Shown one piece after another: positions 48,216 to 58,522 of a stretch of DNA of 64,000 bases. The notes below the pieces were generated by a model. That model did not search any database, was not told where the DNA came from, and worked only from the letters and a program-made list of their open reading frames with translations. Source of the stretch: Bacilli bacterium (GTDB lineage: Bacteria > Bacillota_I > Bacilli_A > ML615J-28 > CAG-698); the NCBI GenBank assembly GCA_031553555.1, contig JAVBLL010000008.1:5662-69661 (forward strand), given 5' to 3'. The position numbers were made by a program, and so were the translations under genes. How positions within the stretch are numbered: position 1 is the first letter of the stretch; every line of letters begins with the position of its first letter.

Positions 48216-48524
48216 ATGATTAAAATTCTTATAACAAGAAAAAGCAATAATACAGAACTTATTATTCAAGGACATTCTGGTTATGATGTTATAGGAAAAG
48301 ATATTGTTTGTAGTGCTGTATCAACATCTGTTTTAACAACTATCAATTTACTTGATAAAATGAGTATCATTCATTCATTTTCTAGCGATGATTCATTACC
48401 GAAAATGCATATTGTTGTTAATGATGATAATTATGGTTTAATAATTATTAACAATTTAATTGATACACTAAAAAGTATTGCTGATCAATATCCAAAATAC
48501 GTAAATGTAACTAAAAAAATATAA
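48216..48524 (+). CDS. prp: Ribosomal-processing cysteine protease Prp (YsxB)
   Basis: GHSGY...GKDIVCSAVS, QYPKYV; located between rplU and rpmA. Confidence 0.93.
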   Translation: MIKILITRKSNNTELIIQGHSGYDVIGKDIVCSAVSTSVLTTINLLDKMSIIHSFSSDDSLPKMHIVVNDDNYGLIIINNLIDTLKSIADQYPKYVNVTKKI

Positions 48525-48549
48525 ATATATCAAATAGGAGGGAATTCTC

Positions 48550-48831
48550 ATGCAATTTATGAATATACAATTTTTTGCCAGTAAAAAAGCTGCTGGTTCA
48601 ACAAGAAATGGTCGTGATTCGCGTGCCAAAAGATTAGGTGCAAAAAAGAGCGATGGCGAATATGCGACAGCTGGCTCAATTATTTATCGTCAACGTGGTA
48701 CAGTAATTTTTCCTGGTACTAATGTGCAACGTGGAAGCGATGATACTTTGTTTGCAACTATCACTGGTTATGTGAAGTTTGAGCGCAAAGGAAAAGACAA
48801 AAAACAGGTTTCTGTTTACGAGCAAAGATAA
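48550..48831 (+). CDS. rpmA: 50S ribosomal protein L27 with Prp-cleaved N-terminal extension
   Basis: MQFMNIQFF|[26 protein letters not shown]. Confidence 0.98.
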   Translation: MQFMNIQFFASKKAAGSTRNGRDSRAKRLGAKKSDGEYATAGSIIYRQRGTVIFPGTNVQRGSDDTLFATITGYVKFERKGKDKKQVSVYEQR

Positions 48832-48833
48832 TT

Positions 48834-48860
48834 AAAATGCACTTTAAGAGTGCATTTTTT
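48834..48860 (+). terminator. Intrinsic terminator after rpmA
   Basis: AAAATGCACT-TTAAG-AGTGCATTTTTT. Confidence 0.8.
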
Positions 48861-48899
48861 GATAGAAAGGGATAATTGTTGAAAGAAGGTGAGGCATAT

Positions 48900-50177
48900 A
48901 TGTTTGTTGATGATGTCAAATTTACAGTTATAGCTGGCAATGGTGGCAATGGTGCTGTCAGTTTTCGTCATGAAAAATACGTTCCGATGGGTGGACCATT
49001 TGGCGGTAATGGCGGAAAAGGAGGTAGCATTATTTTTGTTGGTGATGAAGGCCTAACTACCCTTTTGGATTTTAGATATCAAAAAAGAATAACTGCCAAA
49101 AATGGTGAAAATGGCATGACAAAAAACATGTATGGAAAAGATGCCGGTGATGTTTATGTTAGGGTGCCGGTTGGTAGTGTTGTTTATGATTTAGCCAATA
49201 ATACCATTATTGCAGATATTACCAAACATAAACAAGAAGTTGTTGTTGCCAAGGGTGGAAGAGGTGGAAGAGGAAATACGGCTTTTGCGACTCCTAAAAT
49301 ACCTGCACCAGAATATGCTGAAAATGGAGTGCCTGGTGAAAAAAAAGAAATTCATATCGAGTTAAAAGTTCTTGCAGATGTTGGTCTAGTAGGCTTTCCG
49401 AGTGTTGGTAAATCAACGCTAATTTCTGTTTGCTCAGCTGCAAAACCTAAAATTGCTGATTACCATTTCACAACTTTAGCTCCTAATTTAGGAGTGGTTG
49501 GGGTTGGAGATGGGCGAAGTTTCGTTATGGCTGACTTGCCAGGATTAATAGAAGGGGCTTCAATGGGGGCAGGACTTGGTTTTCAGTTTTTGCGCCATAT
49601 TGAAAGAACGAGAGTAATTGTCCATATAATTGATATATCTGGTTCGGAAGATCGTAACCCATGTGATGATTATGTTTTAATAAATAAAGAACTAGAAACT
49701 TATAATAGCCGCTTATTAAAAAGACCCCAAATCGTAGTTGCTAATAAAATGGATTTGGAAGGCGCCAAAGAAAATCTGGAAATTTTTAAAAAAACTTTTC
49801 CTAATATTGAAATTATTCCAATAAGTGCTTATACCAAAGATAATCTTAGCGATTTATTATATGCAATTGCTGATACCTTATCAAAAGTCACACTTGATGA
49901 ATTTGCAGATGACGTCAGTGAAGAAGTTGTTGAATATAAATTTATACCTGAAGAGGCGCCATTCACAATTGAACTTACTGAAGAAGGCGTTTATAATGTA
50001 ATTGGCGGTAAAATCAAAAAACTATTTGATGCAACCGACTTTAATCGTGATGAAAGTGTCAAAATGTTTGCTCGCAAAATTCGTAATTTAGGAGTTGAAG
50101 AAAAACTTCGTGAGTTAGGGGTAAAACATGGTGATACCGTCTATATTATGGGATATGAATTTGAGCTCTTATATTAG
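48900..50177 (+). CDS. obgE: GTPase Obg
   Basis: MFVD..AGNGGNG, GFPSVGKST, YHFTTL.PNLG, DLPGLIEGA, NKMD, C-terminal OCT domain. Confidence 0.97.
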   Translation: MFVDDVKFTVIAGNGGNGAVSFRHEKYVPMGGPFGGNGGKGGSIIFVGDEGLTTLLDFRYQKRITAKNGENGMTKNMYGKDAGDVYVRVPVGSVVYDLANNTIIADITKHKQEVVVAKGGRGGRGNTAFATPKIPAPEYAENGVPGEKKEIHIELKVLADVGLVGFPSVGKSTLISVCSAAKPKIADYHFTTLAPNLGVVGVGDGRSFVMADLPGLIEGASMGAGLGFQFLRHIERTRVIVHIIDISGSEDRNPCDDYVLINKELETYNSRLLKRPQIVVANKMDLEGAKENLEIFKKTFPNIEIIPISAYTKDNLSDLLYAIADTLSKVTLDEFADDVSEEVVEYKFIPEEAPFTIELTEEGVYNVIGGKIKKLFDATDFNRDESVKMFARKIRNLGVEEKLRELGVKHGDTVYIMGYEFELLY

Positions 50178-50185
50178 GTGAATAG

Positions 50186-50797
50186 ATGAAAAATGAAAAT
50201 ATAAGAAAGATGGTCTTTTGTGCCATACTAGTAGCACTAATAGTTGTGCTAATTCTTACTCGTATTGGTTTTATAAGTTTTGGAGGAGTATCGATAACAA
50301 TTGTTCATATAGTTGTCATAATCGGGGCACTTGTTCTTGGGTATAAGTATGGAGCAATTTTAGGTTTTGTTTTTGGATTAGTTTCTTTAATATTATCCTT
50401 TTTAAATTTGACAACAGATGCTCCATTCACAAACCCGATTCTTTCAGTATTACCACGAGTGCTATTTGGTTTATTAATATTTCCGCTTTATAATATACTG
50501 TCCAAAATAATAAAAAATAAAACCATAAGTAGTATTTTAACGGCAATACTATCAACCTTATTACATACTATTATGGTTTTGACGTTGTTTTATATAATAG
50601 CAAAAACAGGATTTCATTTTGGAGCAGAAGACTATAGATTTGTAGTTGAAGGCAATGTATTCACCTTGATATTCGCTGTTTTGATTTCTAATGGCTTTAT
50701 TGAAATGGGACTTGCTGCCTTTATATGTCCTCCTATATTTCTAGTGTTAGACACGGTAATCCACAAAAATACCGAAAATAATGAAATAGACAATTAA
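50186..50797 (+). CDS. ECF transporter S component (PanT-like)
   Basis: ITIVHIVVIIGA, GFVFGL.S, SVLPRVLFG, LHT..VL, NGFIE motifs; about 6 TM. Confidence 0.82.
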   Translation: MKNENIRKMVFCAILVALIVVLILTRIGFISFGGVSITIVHIVVIIGALVLGYKYGAILGFVFGLVSLILSFLNLTTDAPFTNPILSVLPRVLFGLLIFPLYNILSKIIKNKTISSILTAILSTLLHTIMVLTLFYIIAKTGFHFGAEDYRFVVEGNVFTLIFAVLISNGFIEMGLAAFICPPIFLVLDTVIHKNTENNEIDN

Positions 50798-50806
50798 TAT
50801 ATTTCA

Positions 50807-50836
50807 AATAAAAAAGTCCTTGTGACTTTTTTTATT
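50807..50836 (+). terminator. Intrinsic terminator
   Basis: AAAAAAGTC-CTTGT-GACTTTTTTT. Confidence 0.65.
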
Positions 50837-50846
50837 TTTTTCTAGA

Positions 50847-50875
50847 TTGAAAAAAGAAACGAAATTTGATATAAT
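50847..50875 (+). promoter_or_regulatory. sigma-A promoter of mutS-mutL-miaA
   Basis: TTGAAA-N17-TATAAT with TG extension. Confidence 0.7.
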
Positions 50876-50902
50876 ATGTAGTATAGAAAGAAATGATGAG
50901 AT

Positions 50903-53467
50903 ATGTACAATAATATTGATAAAACTAAATATTCCCCAATGATGCGACAATTTTTAGAGATTAAAGAACAATACCCCGATACCTTGATCTTTTACCGTGT
51001 TGGCGACTTTTATGAATTGTTTTTTAATGACGCTATTATTGGTTCAAAAGAATTAGAAATAGTATTAACGAGTAAAGATGGAGGAGCTGATGACAAAGTC
51101 CCTATGGCCGGAGTTCCCCATCATGCAGTTAATAGTTATTTGGAAGTACTAATTAACAAAGGTTATAAAGTTGCCATTGCTGAACAAATGGAAAGCCCAA
51201 AAGATGTCAAAGGAATTGTCAGGCGCGATGTCACTAGAGTAGTAACACCCGGAACAATAATTGATGAATTTGGATTGGATGCCAAGGAAAACAATTTTTT
51301 AATATCTTTATCGTTTAATAAAACTTATTTTATATTAAGTTATGTTGATTTATCAACTGGTGAAGGCTATCTTACCAATATCCCTAATAATGAAAGTTTA
51401 TTATTTGCTGAAATAGTTAAGTTGAATGCTCGTGAAATAATTGTTTCAAGTGAGTTTAATCAAGAAATATTAAAAGTATTGCAATCGACTTATATTTTCG
51501 CAATCTCCATTGAAAATAATATTACAATCCCAAGTTATTTTAAAGGACTATTAATAAATCTCGATAAGGAAGAAGAAAAAAATTATTGTCGTCTTTTAAA
51601 CTACATTATTCGAACGCAAATGCGAACTTTAGTCCATATGCAAAAAGTCATAAAATATGATATTGATAGTTATTTGAAAATAGATTTATCTTCTCGTCGA
51701 AATTTAGAACTATTAGAAACACTTCGTTTTCAAAACAAGAAAAACAGTTTGATTAGTGTTTTAGATAAATGTTCGACGGCGATGGGGAGTCGCTACTTGA
51801 AAAAGAATATTTTATTGCCACTTATAAATAAAGATCAATTAGAGCAACGATATAATGTTCTTGATGCCATGAAGAAAAGTTTTCTTGATAGTAACGACCT
51901 CAGAAAAGAATTGTCTGACGTCTATGATTTAGAGAGGCTAATTGGACGTATTTCTTATGAAAATGCAACCCCACGTGATTTACTACAACTTCGTCGTTCT
52001 TTAATGAATATACCAAAAATATGTAGATTACTAGAAAAAATTAAAATCAATAAAATTTATGATTTAACAATTGATTATGCCAAATATCTTGAAGTATATA
52101 ATTTAATAGAATCTTCAATAAGTCTTGACGCTCCTTATACTATTAAAGAGGGTGGAATTATTAAGACTGGTTATTCAAAAGAACTAGATGAATATAAAGC
52201 TATAAATAAAGATAGTAAAGCCTATATCTTGTCCCTTGAAGTCAATGAAAAAGAAAAAACCGGTATTAAAACTTTAAAAGTAGGATTTAATAAAATATCT
52301 GGATATTATATTGAGGTGAGTAAACTTCAAAGCGGTTCGATTAAAGAAGAATATGGTTATATCCGTACTCAAACATTGAGTAATGCTGAAAGATATACAA
52401 CTAAAGAACTTAAAGAACGAGAAACCTTCATATTAAGGGCTGAAGAACAAACAATTGAAAAAGAGATGAATTTATTCATTGAAATTAGAAATACTATTAA
52501 AAATTATACTGCCATATTACAAAGACTCGCTAAAATAGTTGCTGAGGTGGATATGATGCTTTCGTTCACCAAAGTCTCTAATGAAAATAAATATGTCAGA
52601 CCAACCCTTAATGAAAGTAACACTTTACATGTTATTCAAGGCCGTCACCCTGTTTTAGAAACATATAAAAGTAATAGTTATATTCCTAATGACATTGATA
52701 TGTCACCGGACGACTACATTCTTTTGATAACGGGACCAAATATGAGTGGTAAATCGACCTACATGCGCCAAATTGCTTTAATAAGTATTATGGCACAAAT
52801 CGGTTGTTTTGTCCCAGCAAAGGAAGCAAATCTTCCAATATTCGATCAAATATTTACTCGTATTGGGGCTAGTGATGACATAGTTAGTGGGCAATCAACT
52901 TTTATGGTTGAAATGACTGAGGTTAATAATGCATTACAATCAGCAACTAATAATAGCTTAATTTTATTTGATGAAATAGGCCGTGGCACTGCAACATTTG
53001 ATGGTATGGCCCTGGCTCAAGCTATCATTGAGTATGTTCATGAACAAATAAAATGTAAAACTTTATTTTCGACTCACTATCATGAATTGACAACTTTAGA
53101 AGGAACACTATCCCATTTACAAAATGTTTATGTTAGTGCTGAAGATGTTAAAGGAGAACTTGTCTTTTTACATAAAATCAAAAAAGGTGCGATTGATAAG
53201 AGTTATGGAATTAATGTGGCAAAACTTGCTAAAGTCCCACTAGATATCATATTAAGAGCATCGGATATCCTTCAAAAGCTTGAGGGCAATAAAAACTATG
53301 ATTTTGAAAAATTGTCTTTGAATAATTATAGTGTACCATTAATTTATGATTCGAAAACAGAAAACGAACAAGAAGTAATTGAAAGACTTAAGAACGTCAA
53401 CATTTATGAGATGAATCCTATGGAAGCGATGAATTTTTTAAATGAAATAAAAAATAAAATTAAATAG
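50903..53467 (+). CDS. mutS: DNA mismatch repair protein MutS
   Basis: PMMRQF, GDFYELF, TGPNMSGKSTY, STFMVEM, DEIGRGT, SYGINVA. Confidence 0.98.
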   Translation: MYNNIDKTKYSPMMRQFLEIKEQYPDTLIFYRVGDFYELFFNDAIIGSKELEIVLTSKDGGADDKVPMAGVPHHAVNSYLEVLINKGYKVAIAEQMESPKDVKGIVRRDVTRVVTPGTIIDEFGLDAKENNFLISLSFNKTYFILSYVDLSTGEGYLTNIPNNESLLFAEIVKLNAREIIVSSEFNQEILKVLQSTYIFAISIENNITIPSYFKGLLINLDKEEEKNYCRLLNYIIRTQMRTLVHMQKVIKYDIDSYLKIDLSSRRNLELLETLRFQNKKNSLISVLDKCSTAMGSRYLKKNILLPLINKDQLEQRYNVLDAMKKSFLDSNDLRKELSDVYDLERLIGRISYENATPRDLLQLRRSLMNIPKICRLLEKIKINKIYDLTIDYAKYLEVYNLIESSISLDAPYTIKEGGIIKTGYSKELDEYKAINKDSKAYILSLEVNEKEKTGIKTLKVGFNKISGYYIEVSKLQSGSIKEEYGYIRTQTLSNAERYTTKELKERETFILRAEEQTIEKEMNLFIEIRNTIKNYTAILQRLAKIVAEVDMMLSFTKVSNENKYVRPTLNESNTLHVIQGRHPVLETYKSNSYIPNDIDMSPDDYILLITGPNMSGKSTYMRQIALISIMAQIGCFVPAKEANLPIFDQIFTRIGASDDIVSGQSTFMVEMTEVNNALQSATNNSLILFDEIGRGTATFDGMALAQAIIEYVHEQIKCKTLFSTHYHELTTLEGTLSHLQNVYVSAEDVKGELVFLHKIKKGAIDKSYGINVAKLAKVPLDIILRASDILQKLEGNKNYDFEKLSLNNYSVPLIYDSKTENEQEVIERLKNVNIYEMNPMEAMNFLNEIKNKIK

Positions 53468-53475
53468 GAGAAATT

Positions 53476-55356
53476 ATGAGTAAAATCAAACAATTAGACA
53501 TTCATACTACCAATTTGATAGCAGCCGGTGAAGTCATTGAACGTTCTGCCTCAGTTGTCAAGGAACTGGTAGAAAATTCAATTGATGCAAATGCTAAAAC
53601 AATTAATGTTTTTTTGGTTGATGCCGGCGTTAATGAAGTTAGAGTAGTTGATGATGGTGATGGAATGGATGCAAGCGATGCAAAAATGTGCGTTGTCCCC
53701 CATGCAACTAGTAAAATTTATGATAGTCAAGATTTATTCCGTATTCAAACTCTAGGATTTAGAGGTGAAGCATTAGCATCCATTGTGGCAGTTTCCAACT
53801 TTCGCCTTATCTCTAGTATAGATGGACAAAAAGCCATAATGTACTCTTTAAGAGGTGGTGTGCCGATGAGCGAGGCTGTTGTTGCTCATGCCAAAGGCAC
53901 AGAAGTTATTGTTAAAGGTTTATTTTTTAATACGCCGGCAAGACTGCAAAATCTTCAATCTCAGTCGGTTGAACTAGGATATATTACTGATTATATTACC
54001 AAAACGGCTCTGGCTATGCCGCATATTTCATTTACTTTGAGTAATAATGATAAAGTTCTAATTCAAACATATGGTAATAATAACATTCTTGAAGTTGTTT
54101 CATCAACACTTGGTAATGAAGTAGCCAAAAATATGATCAAAATATTTGACAATGATGGAACATATAAAATATTTGGTTATATATCAAATTTGTCTGTCAT
54201 GAGATCAAGACGTGATAATATCCATATTATTGTCAATGGTCGCCCTATAAAAAATACTGCTATTATTAATGCGGTTGTTAAGGGATATGAAACAAAGTTA
54301 ATGATTGGTAAATATCCGATAGGTATCATTAATGTTTCGGTTGATCCTAGTCTAGTGGATGTTAATGTTCATCCAACAAAAGCAGAAGTACGTTTTTCTG
54401 ATGAAAATAAACTTATATCTTTAATAACTAGAGTTGTTGATCATACGCTATCATCTTCAAATTTAATTGTTGATATAAAACATAATGAAGAAAATTATAT
54501 AGATGATGATGATTATATTGATGAAGAAGAAACGATGGAAGATGATACAACATCAGATGAAATAATTGAAAACGAAGCAGAACAAACGACACCTATATAC
54601 TACCATCAATATTCTTTTAATGACAATGAGGAAAACTTAAAGGAAGATGTTAAATCTTCCTCGGACAATTCCCAATCTTCTTCGGACATTGAATCAAATC
54701 TAATTGAAGAATTCATTCAGCAACAATATTCCTTAACAAGCGAAGAAAAGATTGTTGATACTAATTCGCCACTTAAAAAAGAAAGAATGTTTTATATTGG
54801 ACAATTATTTGGCACATACATTTTAGCACAAAATGAAGATAACTTTTATTTAATTGATCAACATGCCGCCGCTGAAAGAATAAATTATGAAAAGATAATC
54901 GCTGAATTACAAAAAGATGATAATATTGGATATGACCTTTTAATCCCTTTTAATTTAGAATTCACACATAGTGAATGTTTATTAATTGAAGAAAATATTG
55001 ATAAGATAAAAAAACTTGGTATTATCGTTGAACCATTTGGAAATACCGAATATATTGTTAGACGTATACCTATTTGGATATTTAGAGGCCGTGAAAAAGA
55101 ATATATTGAAGAGATTATCACTCATATAATTCAACATAAAAAGACTGAAAAAGTAGAATTTTTAAATAATTTAGCTAAAAGCCTTGCTTGTAAAAAATCT
55201 ATTAAAGGAAATGAATTTCATAATTCCTTAGAAATTGAATATTTACTAGATGATTTAGTAAAGACAAAAAATCCATATACTTGTCCACATGGACGCCCGG
55301 TTATTGTTAAATTCAGTAGAAATGAAGTTGAAAAATGGTTCAAAAGAATAGTTTAA
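53476..55356 (+). CDS. mutL: DNA mismatch repair endonuclease MutL
   Basis: IAAGEVIER, ELVENSIDA, LGFRGEAL, DVNVHPTK, DQHAAAERINYE, ACK, CPHGRP. Confidence 0.98.
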   Translation: MSKIKQLDIHTTNLIAAGEVIERSASVVKELVENSIDANAKTINVFLVDAGVNEVRVVDDGDGMDASDAKMCVVPHATSKIYDSQDLFRIQTLGFRGEALASIVAVSNFRLISSIDGQKAIMYSLRGGVPMSEAVVAHAKGTEVIVKGLFFNTPARLQNLQSQSVELGYITDYITKTALAMPHISFTLSNNDKVLIQTYGNNNILEVVSSTLGNEVAKNMIKIFDNDGTYKIFGYISNLSVMRSRRDNIHIIVNGRPIKNTAIINAVVKGYETKLMIGKYPIGIINVSVDPSLVDVNVHPTKAEVRFSDENKLISLITRVVDHTLSSSNLIVDIKHNEENYIDDDDYIDEEETMEDDTTSDEIIENEAEQTTPIYYHQYSFNDNEENLKEDVKSSSDNSQSSSDIESNLIEEFIQQQYSLTSEEKIVDTNSPLKKERMFYIGQLFGTYILAQNEDNFYLIDQHAAAERINYEKIIAELQKDDNIGYDLLIPFNLEFTHSECLLIEENIDKIKKLGIIVEPFGNTEYIVRRIPIWIFRGREKEYIEEIITHIIQHKKTEKVEFLNNLAKSLACKKSIKGNEFHNSLEIEYLLDDLVKTKNPYTCPHGRPVIVKFSRNEVEKWFKRIV

Positions 55357-56228
55357 AAAAAGTTATTGTAATTACGGGACCAACAGGGGTTGGCAAAACC
55401 AATCTTGCAATTAAAATAAGTAAACATTTTAATGCTGAGATAATTAATGCTGATGCTTCCCAAATGCGTAAAAGATTGAATATTGGCACTGCCAAAATCT
55501 CAATTGACGAAATGCAAAACGTCCCACACCATTTAATTGACTTTTTGGAACCAACTGAATCATTTTCAATTAAGGATTATGTTGATAGAGCAAGAATAAT
55601 AATTGATGGTATGGAGAACATACCAGTTATAGTTGGGGGCAGCGGGTTATACATTCAAGCATTAATATCAACTTATAACTTAAATTTCCAACCACGAAAA
55701 AATGATTCGGAGTTTGATGAGTTATCTAATGAGGAAGTTTATGCTATTTTGCAGTCAATTGACAATGAGGCGGCCCTTAAGGTTCACTATAATAATAGGA
55801 AAAGAGTTATTCGTTATATTGAACTGGCTCGTGAAAAAAACGAAGTAGAACCGATAGAGCCCATGCCATACTATGATGCCTTGGTAATTGGCCTAACAAA
55901 AGATAGATTTCAATTATATGAAGCCATTAATAATAGATGTGATAAAATGATTAAAAATGGTTGGCTTGAAGAAGTGAAATCACTAGCAAATGACGGTATA
56001 AATATGGAGTTAATTAAAGAAATTGGATATGATGATTTATATAAAGTCACTAAAAATGAATTGACATTGGACAAAGCTGTAAATGATATAAAACAAAAAA
56101 CCAGAAATTATGCCAAAAGACAATTGACATGGTTTCGAAATAAAATGAATTGTGAATTTTTTGAAATTAACAACTCAACTCCAGAAATGGCAATTGAACG
56201 AATAAAAAAATTTCTTTATAATAAATGA
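55335..56228 (+). CDS. miaA: tRNA dimethylallyltransferase
   Basis: GPTGVGKT, IGTAK, VPHHLID, VGGSGLY, YAKRQLTWFR. Confidence 0.96.
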   Translation: MVQKNSLKKVIVITGPTGVGKTNLAIKISKHFNAEIINADASQMRKRLNIGTAKISIDEMQNVPHHLIDFLEPTESFSIKDYVDRARIIIDGMENIPVIVGGSGLYIQALISTYNLNFQPRKNDSEFDELSNEEVYAILQSIDNEAALKVHYNNRKRVIRYIELAREKNEVEPIEPMPYYDALVIGLTKDRFQLYEAINNRCDKMIKNGWLEEVKSLANDGINMELIKEIGYDDLYKVTKNELTLDKAVNDIKQKTRNYAKRQLTWFRNKMNCEFFEINNSTPEMAIERIKKFLYNK

Positions 56229-56230
56229 TT

Positions 56231-56258
56231 AAAAGCAGAATTAATTTCTGCTTTTTTT
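56231..56258 (+). terminator. Intrinsic terminator after miaA
   Basis: AAAAGCAGAA-TTAAT-TTCTGCTTTTTTT. Confidence 0.8.
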
Positions 56259-56287
56259 AATATAATTTTTAAAGAGGTAAAACGAAA

Positions 56288-57322
56288 ATGACAATTTTAA
56301 ATATATTTATGTTTTTTATACTTGCTCTTGGAATAACTAATGTTCAAACTAACAACAATGAAATGGAAGTTATGGCAAATTCGGCATCATCAGCAATTTT
56401 GATGGAAATAAATACAGGTAGAGTATTATTTGAAAAAAATAAAAATAATGTTTACTTAACAGCAAGTATTGCTAAAATAATGACTTGTATAGTTGCCATT
56501 GAAAATGGTGATTTAGAAAAGTATTGTGTAGTAGATGCAGAAACGACCAGACAAGTTGGTTCCAGCATTTATTTGCAACTTGATGATGAAATAAAATTAA
56601 TTGATTTATTATACGGAATGATGCTCAGAAGCGGCAATGATGCCGCATATTTGATTGCTGTTAGTGTTTCTAATACACTTGATGAATTTATTGCTCAAAT
56701 GAATAACATGGCTAAAAAGCTAAATATGGGCTCATCCACCTTTAATAATCCAAGTGGACTTGATGAAACAACCAAAAATTATTCAACCGCTTATGATATG
56801 GCTTTACTCATGAGTTATGCTATGAAAAATGAAGTATTTAAAAAAATCACCGGAACTGCTACTTATAAATGCACAACAAAAAATGAACATACATATGTTT
56901 TTTCAAATAAACACAAATTAATTAGAAGCTCAAAATATGCAACTGGCGGTAAAACCGGATATACAAAAGATGCAAAAAGAACATTAGTTACATCATACGA
57001 AAAAGATAATTTAGAAGTAGTTGCAGTCACTTTTAATTGCGGTGATGATTGGAATGTTCATGAGAGGTTAGCTGAATATGCTTTTAACAACTATAAAACC
57101 ATAACCGTTTTAAAAGCAGGAATCATTGATATCGGATATTTACATTATCCTTTAACCCCAATTGTATATGAAGATGTTAAATATGTAGTTAATAATAATG
57201 AAAAATTGGACTGTGTTCTTAAACTACTAAAAAATCCAACAAATGAGAAGGTAATTGGTGAAGCTTGGCTTTATGTCAATAAGGAAGTTGTTAAAAAGAT
57301 CAACATATATAGATATTATTAA
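56288..57322 (+). CDS. dacB: D-alanyl-D-alanine carboxypeptidase (S11), spore-cortex PBP5* type
   Basis: ASIAKIMT (SxxK), SGNDAA (SxN), GKTG; directly upstream of spmA-spmB. Confidence 0.88.
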   Translation: MTILNIFMFFILALGITNVQTNNNEMEVMANSASSAILMEINTGRVLFEKNKNNVYLTASIAKIMTCIVAIENGDLEKYCVVDAETTRQVGSSIYLQLDDEIKLIDLLYGMMLRSGNDAAYLIAVSVSNTLDEFIAQMNNMAKKLNMGSSTFNNPSGLDETTKNYSTAYDMALLMSYAMKNEVFKKITGTATYKCTTKNEHTYVFSNKHKLIRSSKYATGGKTGYTKDAKRTLVTSYEKDNLEVVAVTFNCGDDWNVHERLAEYAFNNYKTITVLKAGIIDIGYLHYPLTPIVYEDVKYVVNNNEKLDCVLKLLKNPTNEKVIGEAWLYVNKEVVKKINIYRYY

Positions 57323-57369
57323 CATGTAATAATAATCTATATTATATAGTAAGATATAGAGGTGAGATA

Positions 57370-57942
57370 ATGAATAAAATCTGGAGTTCAATTATTATAT
57401 TTAGTTTTATTTATGCTATAGCAACTAATAATTTAACAACTTTAATTGATAATATTTTAAATGTTCCACAAGACACTTTAAAATTATTATTATCTGTTGG
57501 TGGATTAATAATTTTATATAATGGTATATTTCAAATGGCAAATGACGCCAAAGTAATTGAAAAACTAGGTTTTATTTTTAGACCTTTTGTCAGATGGATT
57601 ATGAAAGATATAAAAGACGAAAGTATTATTAATGTTGTTTGTGCAAATATGATTGCTAATTTATTAGGACTAGGATTAGCGACAACACCAATGGCCTTAG
57701 ATGCCCTAAAAAGAATAAAAAATTATCATAATACTAATGAAATAACTAAAGAAATGGTGCTGCTAGTAGTTATTAATGTCAGTTGTTTTACAGCTTTTCC
57801 ACTCACAGTAATTACACTGCGTGAAAAATATAATAGTAATATCGGGATGATTGTTTGGTTATTAATTATTTTTATCACTTTAATTACAACCATTCTATCA
57901 ATTATTATTACAAGATGGAGAACAAATGGTATACGTCATTAG
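57370..57942 (+). CDS. spmA: Spore maturation protein A
   Basis: MNKIWS, NMIANLLGLG.ATTP, LVVIN; between dacB and spmB. Confidence 0.85.
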   Translation: MNKIWSSIIIFSFIYAIATNNLTTLIDNILNVPQDTLKLLLSVGGLIILYNGIFQMANDAKVIEKLGFIFRPFVRWIMKDIKDESIINVVCANMIANLLGLGLATTPMALDALKRIKNYHNTNEITKEMVLLVVINVSCFTAFPLTVITLREKYNSNIGMIVWLLIIFITLITTILSIIITRWRTNGIRH

Positions 57943-58417
57943 TGGATATTTCATTGTAACTATTGTTTTATGTATTGTCAACAAAGTGAACGGTTATGAA
58001 TCATTTTTAAAAGGTGTCAAAGACGGATCAAAAATTGTCCTCAATATGTTTAGCTGTATGCTTAGTTTTATTCTAGCAATAAAATGCTTAGAGGGTTGTG
58101 GAATAATTGATGATTTATGTAATATATCAACCCTTGGTTGGCTTCCGGAAATAATTGTTCAAATGCTTGTCAGACCATTATCGTCAGGATCATCAATGTC
58201 AATAATGTTATCAATATTTGAAAAATACGGAGTTGACAGTATTCCAGCTATCTTTTCAACATTTATTCATTCAGCCTGTGATACGGTTTTCTATATTGTA
58301 GTATTTTATTTTTCAAGTATTGGAGTAGTAAAATATAAAAAAGCTTTAACTTATGGAATCATGACGGTTGTAATATCTTACGCATTAATAATATTATCTG
58401 TAATTATCTTTTTTTGA
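57926..58417 (+). CDS. spmB: Spore maturation protein B
   Basis: YESFLKGVKDG, RPLSSGSS, YGVDS, DTVFY...YF.SIG. Confidence 0.87.
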   Translation: MVYVISGYFIVTIVLCIVNKVNGYESFLKGVKDGSKIVLNMFSCMLSFILAIKCLEGCGIIDDLCNISTLGWLPEIIVQMLVRPLSSGSSMSIMLSIFEKYGVDSIPAIFSTFIHSACDTVFYIVVFYFSSIGVVKYKKALTYGIMTVVISYALIILSVIIFF

Positions 58418-58468
58418 AAACTAGTAATAGTTTTCTTTTTTTATAAAAACGTTGTATTTAAATAAAGA

Positions 58469-58497
58469 TTGACATTTTTTTGTGGATATTGTAAAAT
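58469..58497 (+). promoter_or_regulatory. sigma-A promoter of argS
   Basis: TTGACA-N17-TAAAAT. Confidence 0.75.
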
Positions 58498-58522
58498 ATA
58501 ATAACGAGAAAAGGAAAATAAC

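Noticed and set aside
48550-48580. N-terminal extension on L27
   Set aside because: Known Firmicute feature removed by the adjacent Prp protease.
54480-54760. Acidic low-complexity stretch in MutL
   Set aside because: It corresponds to the normally variable linker between the ATPase and endonuclease domains.
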